NCBI GenBank assembly: GCA_964533495.1
Contig: CAZHJU010000008.1
Coordinates: forward strand, 18,451 to 82,450
Direction: 5' to 3'
DNA length: 64,000 nt
From: an uncultured Bordetella sp.
GTDB taxonomy: Bacteria > Pseudomonadota > Gammaproteobacteria > Burkholderiales > SG8-41
Positions 1 through 11,446 of the stretch are shown here, piece after piece. The notes under the pieces are model-generated. The model saw nothing but the letters and a program-made list of their open reading frames with translations. It was not told the DNA's origin and did no database searches. Within the stretch, counting starts at the first letter, position 1. Every line of letters starts with the position of its first letter. The position numbers and the translations under genes are program-made.

Positions 1-49
1 GCAAGCGGACAATCATGGATATCAGGGCGTCATGCCCAATAATTTAAAT

Positions 50-72
50 AACTTATTGATTTTAAAAAATAT
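50..72 (+). repeat. AT-rich WTTGWTTTTAAA motif copy
   Basis: AACTTATTGATTTTAAAAAATAT, upstream of the rimP operon. Confidence 0.45.
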
Positions 73-178
73 ATTATTCCAGAGGCTGAGGGGGCACAGA
101 GCAGCCTTTTATTGGACGGAAGGCAAATTTTTGTTATACTTCAAAGTTCTGTGAAACAGGATTGGGCGGCACACACGG

Positions 179-205
179 ATGGGCGGATCGCCCATTTTTT
201 GTTTG
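179..205 (+). terminator. Terminator/attenuator-like hairpin in the rimP-nusA-infB leader
   Basis: ATGGGCG-GAT-CGCCCAT (179-195) is followed by TTTTTTGTTTG. It ends 16 nt before the rimP ATG at 221. Confidence 0.5.
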
Positions 206-220
206 TGGTGCCGGATTTGC

Positions 221-649
221 ATGGATTTGCAGGGTTTGCTCGAAAAAACGCTGGTCGGGCTGGGCTACGAACTGGTGGAGCTCGAACGCTCCGCGAGAGG
301 GGCTCTGCTGCGTGTTTTCATCGACAGGCCGGGTGGCATCAGCGTCGATGACTGCGCGCTGGTGAGCAATCATCTCACCCGGCTGTTCGCGGTGGAGAAC
401 GTGGCGTATGACCGCCTGGAGGTTTCGTCTCCGGGACTGGACAGGCCATTGCGCACGGCGCGGGATTTTGCACGGTTTGCCGGGCAGAAGGCCCGCCTGA
501 AGTTGCGGGTTCCGCTGGAGGGGCAGCGCAATTTCGTCGGCGTGCTGTGTGATGCGGACGCAGGCAAGGTGGGTCTGGAAGTCGATGGGCGCGTGCTGTC
601 GCTGGACCTCGGCAATGTGGACAAGGCGCGGCTGGTGCCGGCGCTGTGA
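221..649 (+). CDS. rimP: Ribosome maturation factor RimP
   Basis: The ORF 179..649 translation from [22 protein letters not shown]... is RimP-like. It sits directly upstream of nusA-infB. The start is moved to the internal ATG at 221. Confidence 0.9.
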   Translation: MDLQGLLEKTLVGLGYELVELERSARGALLRVFIDRPGGISVDDCALVSNHLTRLFAVENVAYDRLEVSSPGLDRPLRTARDFARFAGQKARLKLRVPLEGQRNFVGVLCDADAGKVGLEVDGRVLSLDLGNVDKARLVPAL

Positions 650-662
650 GCGGGAGACGGAT

Positions 663-2147
663 ATGAATCGTGAAATTCTGTTGCTGGTTGACGCGCTGGC
701 GCGCGAAAAGAACGTCGACAAGGAAATCGTGTTCGGCGCGCTTGAGCTCGCCCTGGCTTCCGCGGCCAAGAAAAAATTTACCGAAGACGTGGAGGTCCGC
801 GCCTCGGTGGACCGCACGACCGGCGAATTTTCCTTTTTCCGCCGCTGGGAAGTGGTGAAGAACGAGGACATCGAATTCCCGTCGCGCCAGTACAAGCTGC
901 ACGAGGCGCAGGAAGAGGATCCGGAATACGAGATCGGCGATTTCATCGAAGAGCCGCTCGAGGGCATGGAGGTCGGGCGCATCGGCGCGCAGACCGCCAA
1001 GCAGGTGATCGTGCAGAAGATCCGCGATGCCGAGCGCGAGCAGATCCTCAACGATTTCCTGGCGCGGAAGGAGCACCTCGTCACCGGCGTGATCAAGCGC
1101 ATGGAGCGCGGCAATGCCATTGTCGAGTCGGGAAGGCTCGAGGCCATGCTGCCGCGGGACCAGATGATCCCCAAGGAGAATCTGCGCCTTGGCGACCGCG
1201 TCCGCGCCTACGTCTGGAAGGTGGACCGCCAGGCCCGCGGCCCGCATCTGATTCTGTCGCGTACCGCGCCGGAATTCATCGCCAGGCTGTTCGAGCTGGA
1301 AGTTCCCGAAATCGAGGAAGGCCTGCTCGAAATCAAGGGGGCCGCGCGCGACCCGGGTTCACGGGCGAAGATCGCGGTGCATTCCAAGGATGCGCGCATC
1401 GATCCCATCGGCACCTGTGTCGGCATGCGCGGGTCGCGCGTGCAGGCCGTCACCGCGGAGCTGGCGCAGGAGCGCGTCGACATCGTGCTGTGGAATCCGG
1501 ATCCCGCGCAGTTCGTCATCAATGCGCTGGCGCCCGCGGAGGTCAGCAGCATCGTTGTCGACGAAGAAAAGCACAGCATGGACATCGTCGTCGACGAGGA
1601 AAATCTGGCGCAGGCCATAGGCCGCAACGGGCAGAACGTGCGTCTTGCGGGCGAGCTGACCGGCTGGGAGCTCAACCTGATGACCGAGGTCGATGCGCAG
1701 AAGAAAAGCGAGGAGGAAACTTCGCGCACGCGGGCGGAATTCATGGAAAAGCTCGACGTCGACGAGGAAGTGGCCGACATTCTCGTGCAGGAAGGTTTTT
1801 CCACGCTCGAGGAAGTGGCCTATGTGCCGCTCAACGAGATGCTGGAAATCGAGGCTTTCGACGAAGCCACGGTCAACGAATTGCGCAGCCGCGCCCGCAA
1901 CGCGCTGCTGACGCAGGCCATCGCCAGCGAGGAGAAAGTCGGGCACGACATCGAGGATCTGATGAAGGTCGAAGGCATGGACAACGACACCGCGAGGCTG
2001 CTGGCCTCCAAGGGCGTCGCCACGCAGGAAGACCTCGCGGATTATGCGACCGATGATCTTGTCGAGTTGACGGAAATGGATGCCGAGCGCGCAAAAGCCC
2101 TGATCATGGCCGCGCGTGCGCCGTGGTTTGCCGAAACCAATGCCTGA
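663..2147 (+). CDS. nusA: Transcription termination/antitermination factor NusA
   Basis: [28 protein letters not shown]... is a typical NusA N-terminus with S1/KH region. ATG at 663 within ORF 549..2147. Confidence 0.95.
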   Translation: MNREILLLVDALAREKNVDKEIVFGALELALASAAKKKFTEDVEVRASVDRTTGEFSFFRRWEVVKNEDIEFPSRQYKLHEAQEEDPEYEIGDFIEEPLEGMEVGRIGAQTAKQVIVQKIRDAEREQILNDFLARKEHLVTGVIKRMERGNAIVESGRLEAMLPRDQMIPKENLRLGDRVRAYVWKVDRQARGPHLILSRTAPEFIARLFELEVPEIEEGLLEIKGAARDPGSRAKIAVHSKDARIDPIGTCVGMRGSRVQAVTAELAQERVDIVLWNPDPAQFVINALAPAEVSSIVVDEEKHSMDIVVDEENLAQAIGRNGQNVRLAGELTGWELNLMTEVDAQKKSEEETSRTRAEFMEKLDVDEEVADILVQEGFSTLEEVAYVPLNEMLEIEAFDEATVNELRSRARNALLTQAIASEEKVGHDIEDLMKVEGMDNDTARLLASKGVATQEDLADYATDDLVELTEMDAERAKALIMAARAPWFAETNA

Positions 2148-2166
2148 AAGCCGAAAATAACCAGCG

Positions 2167-4719
2167 ATGGCACAGATAAAAGTAAAAGAGTTTGCCCAGG
2201 AACTGGGCGTCCAGCCGGAGTTGCTGCTTGAGCAGCTGCGCGCGGCCGGCGTCAAAAAGGCGCTGACCGGTGACGCGGTGCTGACGGAGAAGGACAAGAC
2301 ACAGCTTCTCGATCATCTGCGGGAGTCGCATGGCGGGAAGGAAGGGAAACAGAAAATCACGCTGACCCGCAGGCAGACCACCGAAATCAAGAAGGCGGAT
2401 GCGACGACGGGCAAGGCGCGCACCATCCAGGTCGAAGTGCGCAAAAAGCGCGTGCTGATCAAGCGCGATGCCGTCGAGCCGGAAAAGGCCGAGGAACCGC
2501 AGGTCGCAAAACCGGTGATCGATGCCGCGGAAATCGCCGCCCGGGAGGCGGAAGCCAGGCAGCAGGCCGAACTGGCGGCGAGGCAGGCGGAAGACGTTGC
2601 CAAGAAGCAGGAGAAGCGCAAAAAGGCGCAGGTCGTGGCGGAAGCCGCCGCCGAGGCTGCCGTGGCAAAAGCCGCGCAGCCGGCAGCCGAGCAGGCCGCG
2701 GCTCCGGCCGCAGAGCCCGTGGTCGCAGGCACGATACACAAGCCGGCGGTGCCCGCCGGGGATGCGGCCAGCAAGGCCAAGAAGGGCGTCAAAAAACCGG
2801 TCAAGCAGGTGGTTTGGCAGGATCCGGCGGCGCGCAAGCGCAGCATCAAGACCCGCGGCGATGCCTCCGGCGGATTGGGCTGGCGCGAACGCAAGGTGCA
2901 TCGCACCACCCACAAGAACGAGGGCGATCAGCAACACGGCTTCGTGGCGCCGACCGAACCGGTCGTGCGCGACGTGCTGGTGCCCGAAACGATCACCGTG
3001 GCCGATCTGGCGCACAAGATGTCGGTGAAGGCCGCCGAGGTCATCAAGACGCTGATGAAGCTCGGCACCATGGCAACCATCAACCAGGTGCTCGATCAGG
3101 ACACCGCGATCATCCTGGTCGAGGAAATGGGGCATACGGCAAAACGCGCCAAGCTCGACGAGCCGGATGCCTTCCTTGCCGAGTCGGCGGCGCAGGCCGA
3201 AGTGAAAGCGGAGCCGCGGGCGCCGGTGGTCACGGTGATGGGGCACGTCGATCACGGCAAGACGTCGCTGCTCGACTACATCCGGCGCACACGCGTTGCC
3301 AGCGGCGAGGCGGGCGGCATCACCCAGCACATCGGCGCCTATCATGTGGAAACGCCGCGGGGCATGATCACCTTCCTGGATACGCCGGGCCACGAGGCGT
3401 TCACGGCGATGCGCGCGCGCGGTGCCAAGGTGACCGACCTGGTGATCCTGGTGGTCGCGGCGGACGACGGCGTGATGCCGCAGACGGCCGAAGCCATACA
3501 TCACGCAAAAGCCGGCAATGTGCCGATCGTGGTGGCGCTCAACAAGATCGACAAACCCGAGGCCAACGCGGAGCGCGTCAAGCAGGATCTTGCCGCCCGC
3601 GAAGTGGTGCCCGAAGAATGGGGCGGCGACACGATGTTTGTCGAAGTCTCCGCCAAAACCGGGCAGGGCATCGACAGCCTCCTCGAACGCATTCTGCTCC
3701 AGGCGGAAGTGCTGGAACTGAAAACCCCGCGTGATGCGCCGGCAAAAGGCATCGTCGTCGAATCCAGGCTGGACAAGGGACGTGGCCCGGTGGCCACCGT
3801 GCTGGTGCAGTCGGGGACGCTGAAGCGCGGCGACGTGGTTCTTGCGGGCGCGGTATTCGGGCGCGTGAGGGCGTTGCTTGACGAGACCGGGAAAACCATC
3901 GAGTCCGCCGGACCGTCGATTCCGGTGGAGGTGCTGGGCCTGTCCGACGTTCCGGCGGCGGGCGCCGAAGTCATGGTGCTGGGCGACGAGCGCAAGGCGC
4001 GCGAGATCGCCCTGTTCCGCCAGGGTAAATACCGTGACGTGAAGCTGGCCAAGCAGCAGGCGGCGAAACTCGAAAACATGTTCGACCAGATGGGCGAGGG
4101 CGAAGTCAAGACGCTGTCGCTGATCATCAAGGCGGACGTGCAGGGTTCGTTCGAAGGCCTCACCCATGCGCTGGACAAGCTCTCGACCGACGAGGTGAAG
4201 GTCAACATCGTGCATGCCGCCGTCGGCGGCATCACGGAGTCCGACGTGAACCTGGCGCTGGCCTCGAAGGCGGTCATCATCGGTTTCAACGCCAGGGCTG
4301 ACGGCATGGCGCGCAAGCTGGCCGAAGGCAACGGCGTCGACATCCGCTACTACAACGTCATTTACGATGCCGTGGACGAAATCAAGGCCGCCCTGACCGG
4401 GATGCTGGCGCCGGAACGCAAGGAAAATACCGTCGGCCTGGTCGAGATACGCCAGGTTTTCCGCATTTCCAAAGTCGGTGCTGTGGCCGGCTGTTACGTG
4501 CTCGAAGGGCTGATCCGCAGGGGTTCAAAGGTGCGCGTGCTCCGCGACAACGTCGTCATACACGATGGCGAACTCGATTCGCTCAAGCGCTTCAAGGACG
4601 ACGTGCGCGAAGTCAAGGCCGGCTTCGAGTGCGGCCTGTCGTTGAAGAACTTCAATGACATCAAGGAAGGCGATCAGCTGGAAGTCTTCGAGGTCGTTGA
4701 AGTGGCGAGGACGTTATAA
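2167..4719 (+). CDS. infB: Translation initiation factor IF-2
   Basis: 850 aa with the GTPase motifs [12 protein letters not shown] and DTPGHEAF. The N-terminal region is Ala/Glu/Lys-rich. Conserved position after nusA. Confidence 0.97.
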   Translation: MAQIKVKEFAQELGVQPELLLEQLRAAGVKKALTGDAVLTEKDKTQLLDHLRESHGGKEGKQKITLTRRQTTEIKKADATTGKARTIQVEVRKKRVLIKRDAVEPEKAEEPQVAKPVIDAAEIAAREAEARQQAELAARQAEDVAKKQEKRKKAQVVAEAAAEAAVAKAAQPAAEQAAAPAAEPVVAGTIHKPAVPAGDAASKAKKGVKKPVKQVVWQDPAARKRSIKTRGDASGGLGWRERKVHRTTHKNEGDQQHGFVAPTEPVVRDVLVPETITVADLAHKMSVKAAEVIKTLMKLGTMATINQVLDQDTAIILVEEMGHTAKRAKLDEPDAFLAESAAQAEVKAEPRAPVVTVMGHVDHGKTSLLDYIRRTRVASGEAGGITQHIGAYHVETPRGMITFLDTPGHEAFTAMRARGAKVTDLVILVVAADDGVMPQTAEAIHHAKAGNVPIVVALNKIDKPEANAERVKQDLAAREVVPEEWGGDTMFVEVSAKTGQGIDSLLERILLQAEVLELKTPRDAPAKGIVVESRLDKGRGPVATVLVQSGTLKRGDVVLAGAVFGRVRALLDETGKTIESAGPSIPVEVLGLSDVPAAGAEVMVLGDERKAREIALFRQGKYRDVKLAKQQAAKLENMFDQMGEGEVKTLSLIIKADVQGSFEGLTHALDKLSTDEVKVNIVHAAVGGITESDVNLALASKAVIIGFNARADGMARKLAEGNGVDIRYYNVIYDAVDEIKAALTGMLAPERKENTVGLVEIRQVFRISKVGAVAGCYVLEGLIRRGSKVRVLRDNVVIHDGELDSLKRFKDDVREVKAGFECGLSLKNFNDIKEGDQLEVFEVVEVARTL

Positions 4720-4779
4720 GGTTTTTCCGTGCCGCCTGCCGGCGCGGCGGCAGGCGGCTGCCTGCAGATCGGGGGTTCC

Positions 4780-5151
4780 ATGCCTAAAGATTTTTCCCGC
4801 GGACGGCGGATTGCCGATCAGATCCAGCGCGAGCTGTCCGACATCATCCGTCTGGAGATCAAGGACCCTCGCGTTTCGCTGGTTACCGTGACCGATGTCG
4901 AGGTATCGCAGGACAACGCGCATGCCAAGATATTCTTCACGGTACTCGGGGAGCCCGCCCAGCAGGAAGCGGCGGAACGCGCGCTGGAGCATGCGGCAGG
5001 CTTCATGCGCAGCACCATGGCAAAACGCATCAAGCTGCGCACGGTTCCCCAGCTTCATTTCCATTACGACGTCTCGGTTGAAAGGGGCATGCGGCTGTCC
5101 CGGCTGATTGACGAGGCGGTCGGCGAGCCTGCGGATAAAAAACAGCCGTGA
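4780..5151 (+). CDS. rbfA: Ribosome-binding factor A
   Basis: MPKDFSRGRRIADQIQRELSDIIRLEIKDPR... is RbfA-like. ATG at 4780 within ORF 4729..5151. Confidence 0.92.
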   Translation: MPKDFSRGRRIADQIQRELSDIIRLEIKDPRVSLVTVTDVEVSQDNAHAKIFFTVLGEPAQQEAAERALEHAAGFMRSTMAKRIKLRTVPQLHFHYDVSVERGMRLSRLIDEAVGEPADKKQP

Positions 5152-6101
5152 CGCCGGTTGCTGCCGTCCGTGATGCGGTTGACGGCGTGTTGTTGCTCGA
5201 CAAGCCGCGGGGGTTGACCTCCCAGCAGGCGGTGGCGCGTTCCAGGTGGTTGTTCAACGCGCGCAAGGCCGGCCACACCGGAACGCTGGATCCCATGGCC
5301 GACGGGCTGCTGCCGATCGGTTTCGGCGAGGCCACCAAATTTTCACAATTCCTGCTGGATGCCGACAAGCGCTATCTGGCAACCCTGCGGCTTGGAACCA
5401 CCACCACCACCGGCGATGCCGAGGGAGAGGTCACGGAGGTGCGGCCGGTAAGCGTGATCCGGGCCCGGATCGATGAAGTGCTGCAGGGGTTTATGGGCCC
5501 GCAGCAGCAATTGCCGCCGATGCATGCAGCGATCAAGGTTGGCGGCAAGCCGCTCTACGCCTATGCCCGCGCAGGTGTCACGATCAAGCGGGAAGCCCGC
5601 TCCATCATCATTGATTTAATTCAAGTAATTGATTTTAAAGAAGAAAAATTGACCATCCGGGTGTCCTGCAGCAAAGGCACCTACATCCGGGTGCTGGCCG
5701 AGGATATCGGCAGAATGCTGGGCTGCGGCGCGCATCTGACCGCCCTGACGCGCGAGAAGGCCGGCAGCCTGAGCCTGGACCGTGCGGTTTCGATTGCAGA
5801 GCTGGAGGCCATGTCCATGCCGCAGCGGATGGAAAAACTGCTGCCGGTGGATACTTTTGCCGCCGACCTGCCGCGACTCGATGTGGCGGAGGATGTCGAA
5901 CGCCGCCTGCTGATGGGGCAGCAGGCCGATCCGGGGCAGCCCGGGCTTGCCGGGTTGCATCGGCTTTACGGGGCCGGAGGGAATTTTTTCGGGGTTGGCG
6001 AGCTTGCCGAAGGGGTGCTGCGCGCCCGGCGCCTGCTGGTCAGTTCCGCGACAGCCTTGCCAGGCCCAAACAGCTTGAGTAATCCGGCAGTTACAGAGTA
6101 A
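5148..6101 (+). CDS. truB: tRNA pseudouridine(55) synthase TruB
   Basis: GVLLLDKPRGLTSQQAV...GHTGTLDPMADGLLPI...CSKGTYIR. The GTG start overlaps the rbfA stop (GTGA). Confidence 0.93.
   Translation: MTPVAAVRDAVDGVLLLDKPRGLTSQQAVARSRWLFNARKAGHTGTLDPMADGLLPIGFGEATKFSQFLLDADKRYLATLRLGTTTTTGDAEGEVTEVRPVSVIRARIDEVLQGFMGPQQQLPPMHAAIKVGGKPLYAYARAGVTIKREARSIIIDLIQVIDFKEEKLTIRVSCSKGTYIRVLAEDIGRMLGCGAHLTALTREKAGSLSLDRAVSIAELEAMSMPQRMEKLLPVDTFAADLPRLDVAEDVERRLLMGQQADPGQPGLAGLHRLYGAGGNFFGVGELAEGVLRARRLLVSSATALPGPNSLSNPAVTE
5623..5643 (+). repeat. AT-rich WTTGWTTTTAAA motif copy inside truB
   Basis: AAGTAATTGATTTTAAAGAAG. A second half-copy, ATTGATTTAAT, lies at 5610-5620. Confidence 0.45.
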
Positions 6102-6131
6102 AATAACGCGTTTTTTCGTCGGAGACAGAAC

Positions 6132-6401
6132 ATGGCTGTAACCACTGCCCAGAAGGCACAGGTTTTGCAGGACTTTCAGCGTGCCAAGAGCGACACGGGT
6201 TCGCCCGAAGTCCAGGTCGCACTGCTGACCGCGCGCATCACGGATTTGACCGAACACTTCAAGGCGCACAGCAAGGATCACCACTCGCGCCGCGGCCTGC
6301 TGCGGATGGTCAGCAAGCGCCGGAAGCTGCTGGATTATCTGAAAAGAACCAAGGCCGAGCAGTACAAGGCGCTGATCGAACGCCTTGGCCTCCGCAAGTA
6401 A
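6132..6401 (+). CDS. rpsO: 30S ribosomal protein S15
   Basis: 89 aa, ...[30 protein letters not shown].... Conserved position before pnp. Confidence 0.97.
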   Translation: MAVTTAQKAQVLQDFQRAKSDTGSPEVQVALLTARITDLTEHFKAHSKDHHSRRGLLRMVSKRRKLLDYLKRTKAEQYKALIERLGLRK

Positions 6402-6514
6402 GCAGGACGTCATGCAGGTCTGCAATGCCGGCGCCCGTGTACAGTCCGCCGGGTGCCCGGTCGGCAAGCCGGCGCTGGGGAGCGCCGGCAAGTAGCCTTT
6501 ATTGATCCTCCGGA

Positions 6515-6543
6515 AGACCGCGTGTGCGGTCTTTTTGTTTTTT
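6515..6543 (+). terminator. Intrinsic terminator/attenuator after rpsO, within the pnp leader
   Basis: AGACCGC-GTGT-GCGGTCT followed by TTTTTGTTTTTT. Confidence 0.7.
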
Positions 6544-6575
6544 GAGCAGAGCAAAGAAAGAAAAGGAAAATCATT

Positions 6576-8684
<2,109 letters not shown>

Positions 8685-8703
8685 AGAGGGTGCCAGCTGC
8701 AAC

Positions 8704-8739
8704 AAAAACAAAGGGGGCCGAAGCCCCCTTTGTTTTTTT
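8704..8739. terminator. Bidirectional intrinsic terminator between pnp and dksA
   Basis: AAAAACAAA-GGGGGC-CGAA-GCCCCC-TTTGTTTTTTT. There is an A-run on one side and a T-run on the other, between convergent genes. Confidence 0.8.
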
Positions 8740-8756
8740 CCGGCCGCTGCCGGTGA

Positions 8757-9179
8757 TTACTTGGCGACCTGGCGTTCCCGCAGTTCGTCGAGCGTTTTGC
8801 AATCGATACACAGCGTTGCCGTCGGGCGGGCCTCCAGGCGCTTGAGGCCGATTTCCACGCCGCAGGAATCGCAATAACCGTAATCCTTGGTGGTGATGCG
8901 GGCTATGGTTTCGTCGATTTTCTTGATCAGCTTGCGCTCCCGATCGCGGTTGCGCAGCTCCAGCGACATGTCGGATTCCTGGCTGGCCCGATCGTTGGGG
9001 TCGGCGAAAATGGTGGCTTCGTCCTGCATCGTGTGGACAGTGCGGTCGATGTCATGGGACAGCTCCTGCTTCATTTCCTCAAGCATTTTGCGGAAATGCG
9101 TCAGTTGCCGCGCATTCATGTATTCCTCTTTCCCCTTGGGTTTGTAGGCAGGGAAGTTTTTCAGCAGTTCAGTGGCCAT
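8757..9179 (-). CDS. dksA: RNA polymerase-binding transcription factor DksA
   Basis: ...DPNDRASQESDMSLELRNRDRERKLIKKIDETIARI...YGYCDSCGVEIGLKRLEARPTATLCIDCK (C4 zinc finger). The start is set at MATELLK. Confidence 0.93.
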   Translation of the reverse strand: MATELLKNFPAYKPKGKEEYMNARQLTHFRKMLEEMKQELSHDIDRTVHTMQDEATIFADPNDRASQESDMSLELRNRDRERKLIKKIDETIARITTKDYGYCDSCGVEIGLKRLEARPTATLCIDCKTLDELRERQVAK

Positions 9180-9351
9180 GAGGAGGTGTTTATGCGCTCG
9201 AAAAAAGAGCTTTAATAGCAGAATTCGATACCCGTCGCAAGCAAAGGGACGGCCGTTCCACCGCCTGTCCAATTGACGCTCAGGCGGGGGGCGGAGTATA
9301 TTACGCGCCTTCGGTTTTGGCGGTGTTCGCCCGGCATTTCCGCCCGATTTT

Positions 9352-9428
9352 GTGCCCGTAGCTCAACCGGATAGAGCACCGGCCTTCTAAGCCGGGGGTT
9401 GTGGGTTCGAGTCCCGCCGGGCGCGCCA
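9352..9428 (+). tRNA. tRNA-Arg (anticodon UCU)
   Basis: 77 nt folded by hand. Acceptor GTGCCCG/CGGGCGC, anticodon stem CCGGC/GCCGG with loop CTTCTAA, T-arm GTGGG-TTCGAGT-CCCGC, encoded CCA. Confidence 0.9.
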
Positions 9429-9457
9429 GATTCCGGCGCGTTCATGACGGTTCCAGT

Positions 9458-9534
9458 GGTGGCTGTAGCTCAGTTGGTAGAGTCCCGGATTGTGATTCCG
9501 GTTGTCGTGGGTTCGAGTCCCATCAGCCACCCCA
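9458..9534 (+). tRNA. tRNA-His (anticodon GUG) with G-1
   Basis: An extra 5' G, then GTGGCTG/CAGCCAC acceptor, anticodon loop TTGTGAT, T-loop TTCGAGT, encoded CCA. Confidence 0.9.
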
Positions 9535-9576
9535 TCCTGCGCCGGAGATTCCGGTGCCGCTTGCCCCGGAAGTGAT

Positions 9577-10023
9577 TCAGTTCCTGGCGCGCAAAAGACG
9601 CTGCTGTTCCCGCTGCCATTCCCTGTCTTTTTCAGTCGCCCGTTTGTCGTGCTGCTTTTTGCCCTTGGCCAGCCCGATTTCCAGCTTGATCCGGCCTTTT
9701 GAGTAATGCAGGTCCAGTGGAACCAGCGTATATCCCGCGCGTTCGACGCTGCCGATCAGGCGGGTGATTTCCTCGGCATGCAGCAGCAGCTTGCGGGTGC
9801 GCGTCGGGTCTGGCTGCACATGGGCCGATGCGGTGGGCAGGGGGCTGATGTGGCAACCGAGCAGGAAAAGCTCGGCGTTGCTGATGATCACATAGGCTTC
9901 CTTGATCTGCGCGCGACCGGCCCGGACGGCCTTGACTTCCCAGCCCTCGAGAGCGATACCCGCCTCGAAACGCTGTTCGATAAAATAGTCGTGAAACGCC
10001 TTTTTGTTCTGAATGATGCTCAT
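9577..10023 (-). CDS. smpB: SsrA-binding protein SmpB
   Basis: 148 aa, [45 protein letters not shown]... Confidence 0.95.
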   Translation of the reverse strand: MSIIQNKKAFHDYFIEQRFEAGIALEGWEVKAVRAGRAQIKEAYVIISNAELFLLGCHISPLPTASAHVQPDPTRTRKLLLHAEEITRLIGSVERAGYTLVPLDLHYSKGRIKLEIGLAKGKKQHDKRATEKDREWQREQQRLLRARN

Positions 10024-10085
10024 ATGGACTTGCGCATGGACAACCGTATTCTAACCGGCCGGGAAGCGCCGTTGCAGTGCGCGGC

Positions 10086-10520
10086 ATGAAGGTCCAGCGT
10101 TCGGCACTGGTCGAATTCAGCGCGGAGGAAATGTTCGCCCTCGTTGACGATATCGAACGTTATCCCGAATTCCTGCCCTGGTGCAGCGCCACCGCGGTGA
10201 CCCTGCGCACGGCGGAAACGACCCGCGCCGCGATTCACGTCAATTACCGCGGCGTCCGGCAGAGTTTCGCCACCGAGAACCGGAAGGAGCCGCCGGAACG
10301 GATGGTCATGAAACTCGTTGAGGGTCCTTTCCGCGTTCTCGACGGCGAATGGCGTTTCACCCCACTGGGAGAGGCCGCCTGCAGGATCGATTTCAATCTG
10401 CATTATGAATTCTCGAGCGCCTTGCTCGAGAAGATCGCGGGGCCGGTTTTCGGCCACATTGCGGGCACCATGATGGACGCCTTCCTGAAGCGCGCGGAAC
10501 AGCTGCATGGAAGACGCTGA
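10086..10520 (+). CDS. ratA: RatA/Coq10-like START-domain protein (ribosome association toxin family)
   Basis: ...FALVDDIERYPEFLPWC.... Conserved divergent position next to smpB and upstream of rnfH. The start could instead be the GTG at 10077. Confidence 0.8.
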   Translation: MKVQRSALVEFSAEEMFALVDDIERYPEFLPWCSATAVTLRTAETTRAAIHVNYRGVRQSFATENRKEPPERMVMKLVEGPFRVLDGEWRFTPLGEAACRIDFNLHYEFSSALLEKIAGPVFGHIAGTMMDAFLKRAEQLHGRR

Positions 10521-10797
10521 CGCGGAAATGGAGGTCAGCGTGGTCTGTGTGCTGCCCGATCGCCAGCAGGCCAGAACCTTGAAGCTGCCCGCGGGAGTAA
10601 CCGCCGGCGTCGCGATCGAGCGTTGCGGACTGCAGGCCGAATTTCCGGAAATTGATTTCACCGCAGCGCCCATCGGCATTCACGGCCGCGTGGTGTCCCG
10701 CACAACGGTGCTGCGGCACGGGGATCGCGTGGAAATCTACAGGGAATTGCGCGCCGATCCCAAGGAAGCCAGGCGCAGGCGTGGCAGCAGGGGCTGA
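10507..10797 (+). CDS. rnfH: RnfH-family (UPF0125) ubiquitin-like protein
   Basis: ...EVSVVCVLPDRQQARTLKLPAGVTAGVAIE...IGIHGRVVSRTTVLRHGDRVEIYR.... The true start may be the Met at 10528. Confidence 0.8.
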   Translation: MEDADAEMEVSVVCVLPDRQQARTLKLPAGVTAGVAIERCGLQAEFPEIDFTAAPIGIHGRVVSRTTVLRHGDRVEIYRELRADPKEARRRRGSRG

Positions 10798-10801
10798 GGA
10801 A

Positions 10802-11248
10802 TTACTTGCAGTTGGTGTCGGCCGCGCGTTGCGCCCTTGCGATCTCGGCCGCGCGTTCGTTGTCTTCGAGGAATACCCTTTCACCTGTCTTGGGGTCGGT
10901 TTTGCCGATGCGGATGCCGGACTGCAGGCTGCGCAGATAGGACTGGGCCGTTTCGCAGTTTTTCTTGCGGTCGGCCGTCTCCTGGTTTTTTTCTTCCGCC
11001 TTCTTTGCCGCTTCCTGCTGATCGGTCTGCCGCTTGCGAAACTCGGCATCGCGTTCGGCCATGGATTTCTGCGAGCCCGCGGGGGCCGCGGCCGGCTCGT
11101 TGCGGATGCCGGTGTTTTCCGCTTTCGTGCCGGGCGGGCAGCTTGCCGCGAATTCGACGCGACCGCCGGCGCCGACACACTTCATGATCTGGGCATGGGT
11201 CGCGAGGGGGAGGGCTGCCAGTGCAAGGGCGACAACAGTGGTTCTCAT
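10802..11248 (-). CDS. Secreted DUF4124-like protein
   Basis: Signal peptide MRTTVVALALAALPLATHAQ, then IMKCVGAGGRVEFAASCPPG and a charged Lys/Glu-rich middle. Confidence 0.6.
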   Translation of the reverse strand: MRTTVVALALAALPLATHAQIMKCVGAGGRVEFAASCPPGTKAENTGIRNEPAAAPAGSQKSMAERDAEFRKRQTDQQEAAKKAEEKNQETADRKKNCETAQSYLRSLQSGIRIGKTDPKTGERVFLEDNERAAEIARAQRAADTNCK

Positions 11249-11392
11249 TTTCGGCACCTGCTTGTTTGGGTGATCAGGGATGCTGCCGGGACATTTCCCG
11301 GCACGCGTCCGGCGGCCGGCTGACTGCGCCACGGTTGCCGGGAAAAATAGCCAGTTTGAGCCATCCAGTCAATGGATTAACGCCGCAGTCGG

Positions 11393-11421
11393 TTTACCGT
11401 TTACGCCTCAACGCCTATAAT
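11393..11421 (+). promoter_or_regulatory. Candidate sigma70 promoter of guaBA
   Basis: TTTACC, a 17-nt spacer, then a perfect TATAAT at 11416-11421. It ends 25 nt upstream of the guaB ATG. Confidence 0.4.
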
Positions 11422-11446
11422 CCGCGCTTTGCGAAGGACGCATCCC

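Noticed and set aside
2104-4215. Very long ORFs antisense to well-conserved genes. Examples: 703 aa opposite infB, 722 aa at 5616..7784 opposite truB/rpsO/pnp, 1000 aa at 11408..14410 opposite guaB/guaA, 670 aa at 30361..32373 opposite pckG, 596 aa at 34101..35891 opposite rne, and 341 aa at 19317..20342.
   Set aside because: These are typical GC-rich shadow ORFs. Their translations are Arg/Ala/Gly/Pro-rich and low in complexity. The opposite strand in every case encodes an unmistakable conserved protein.
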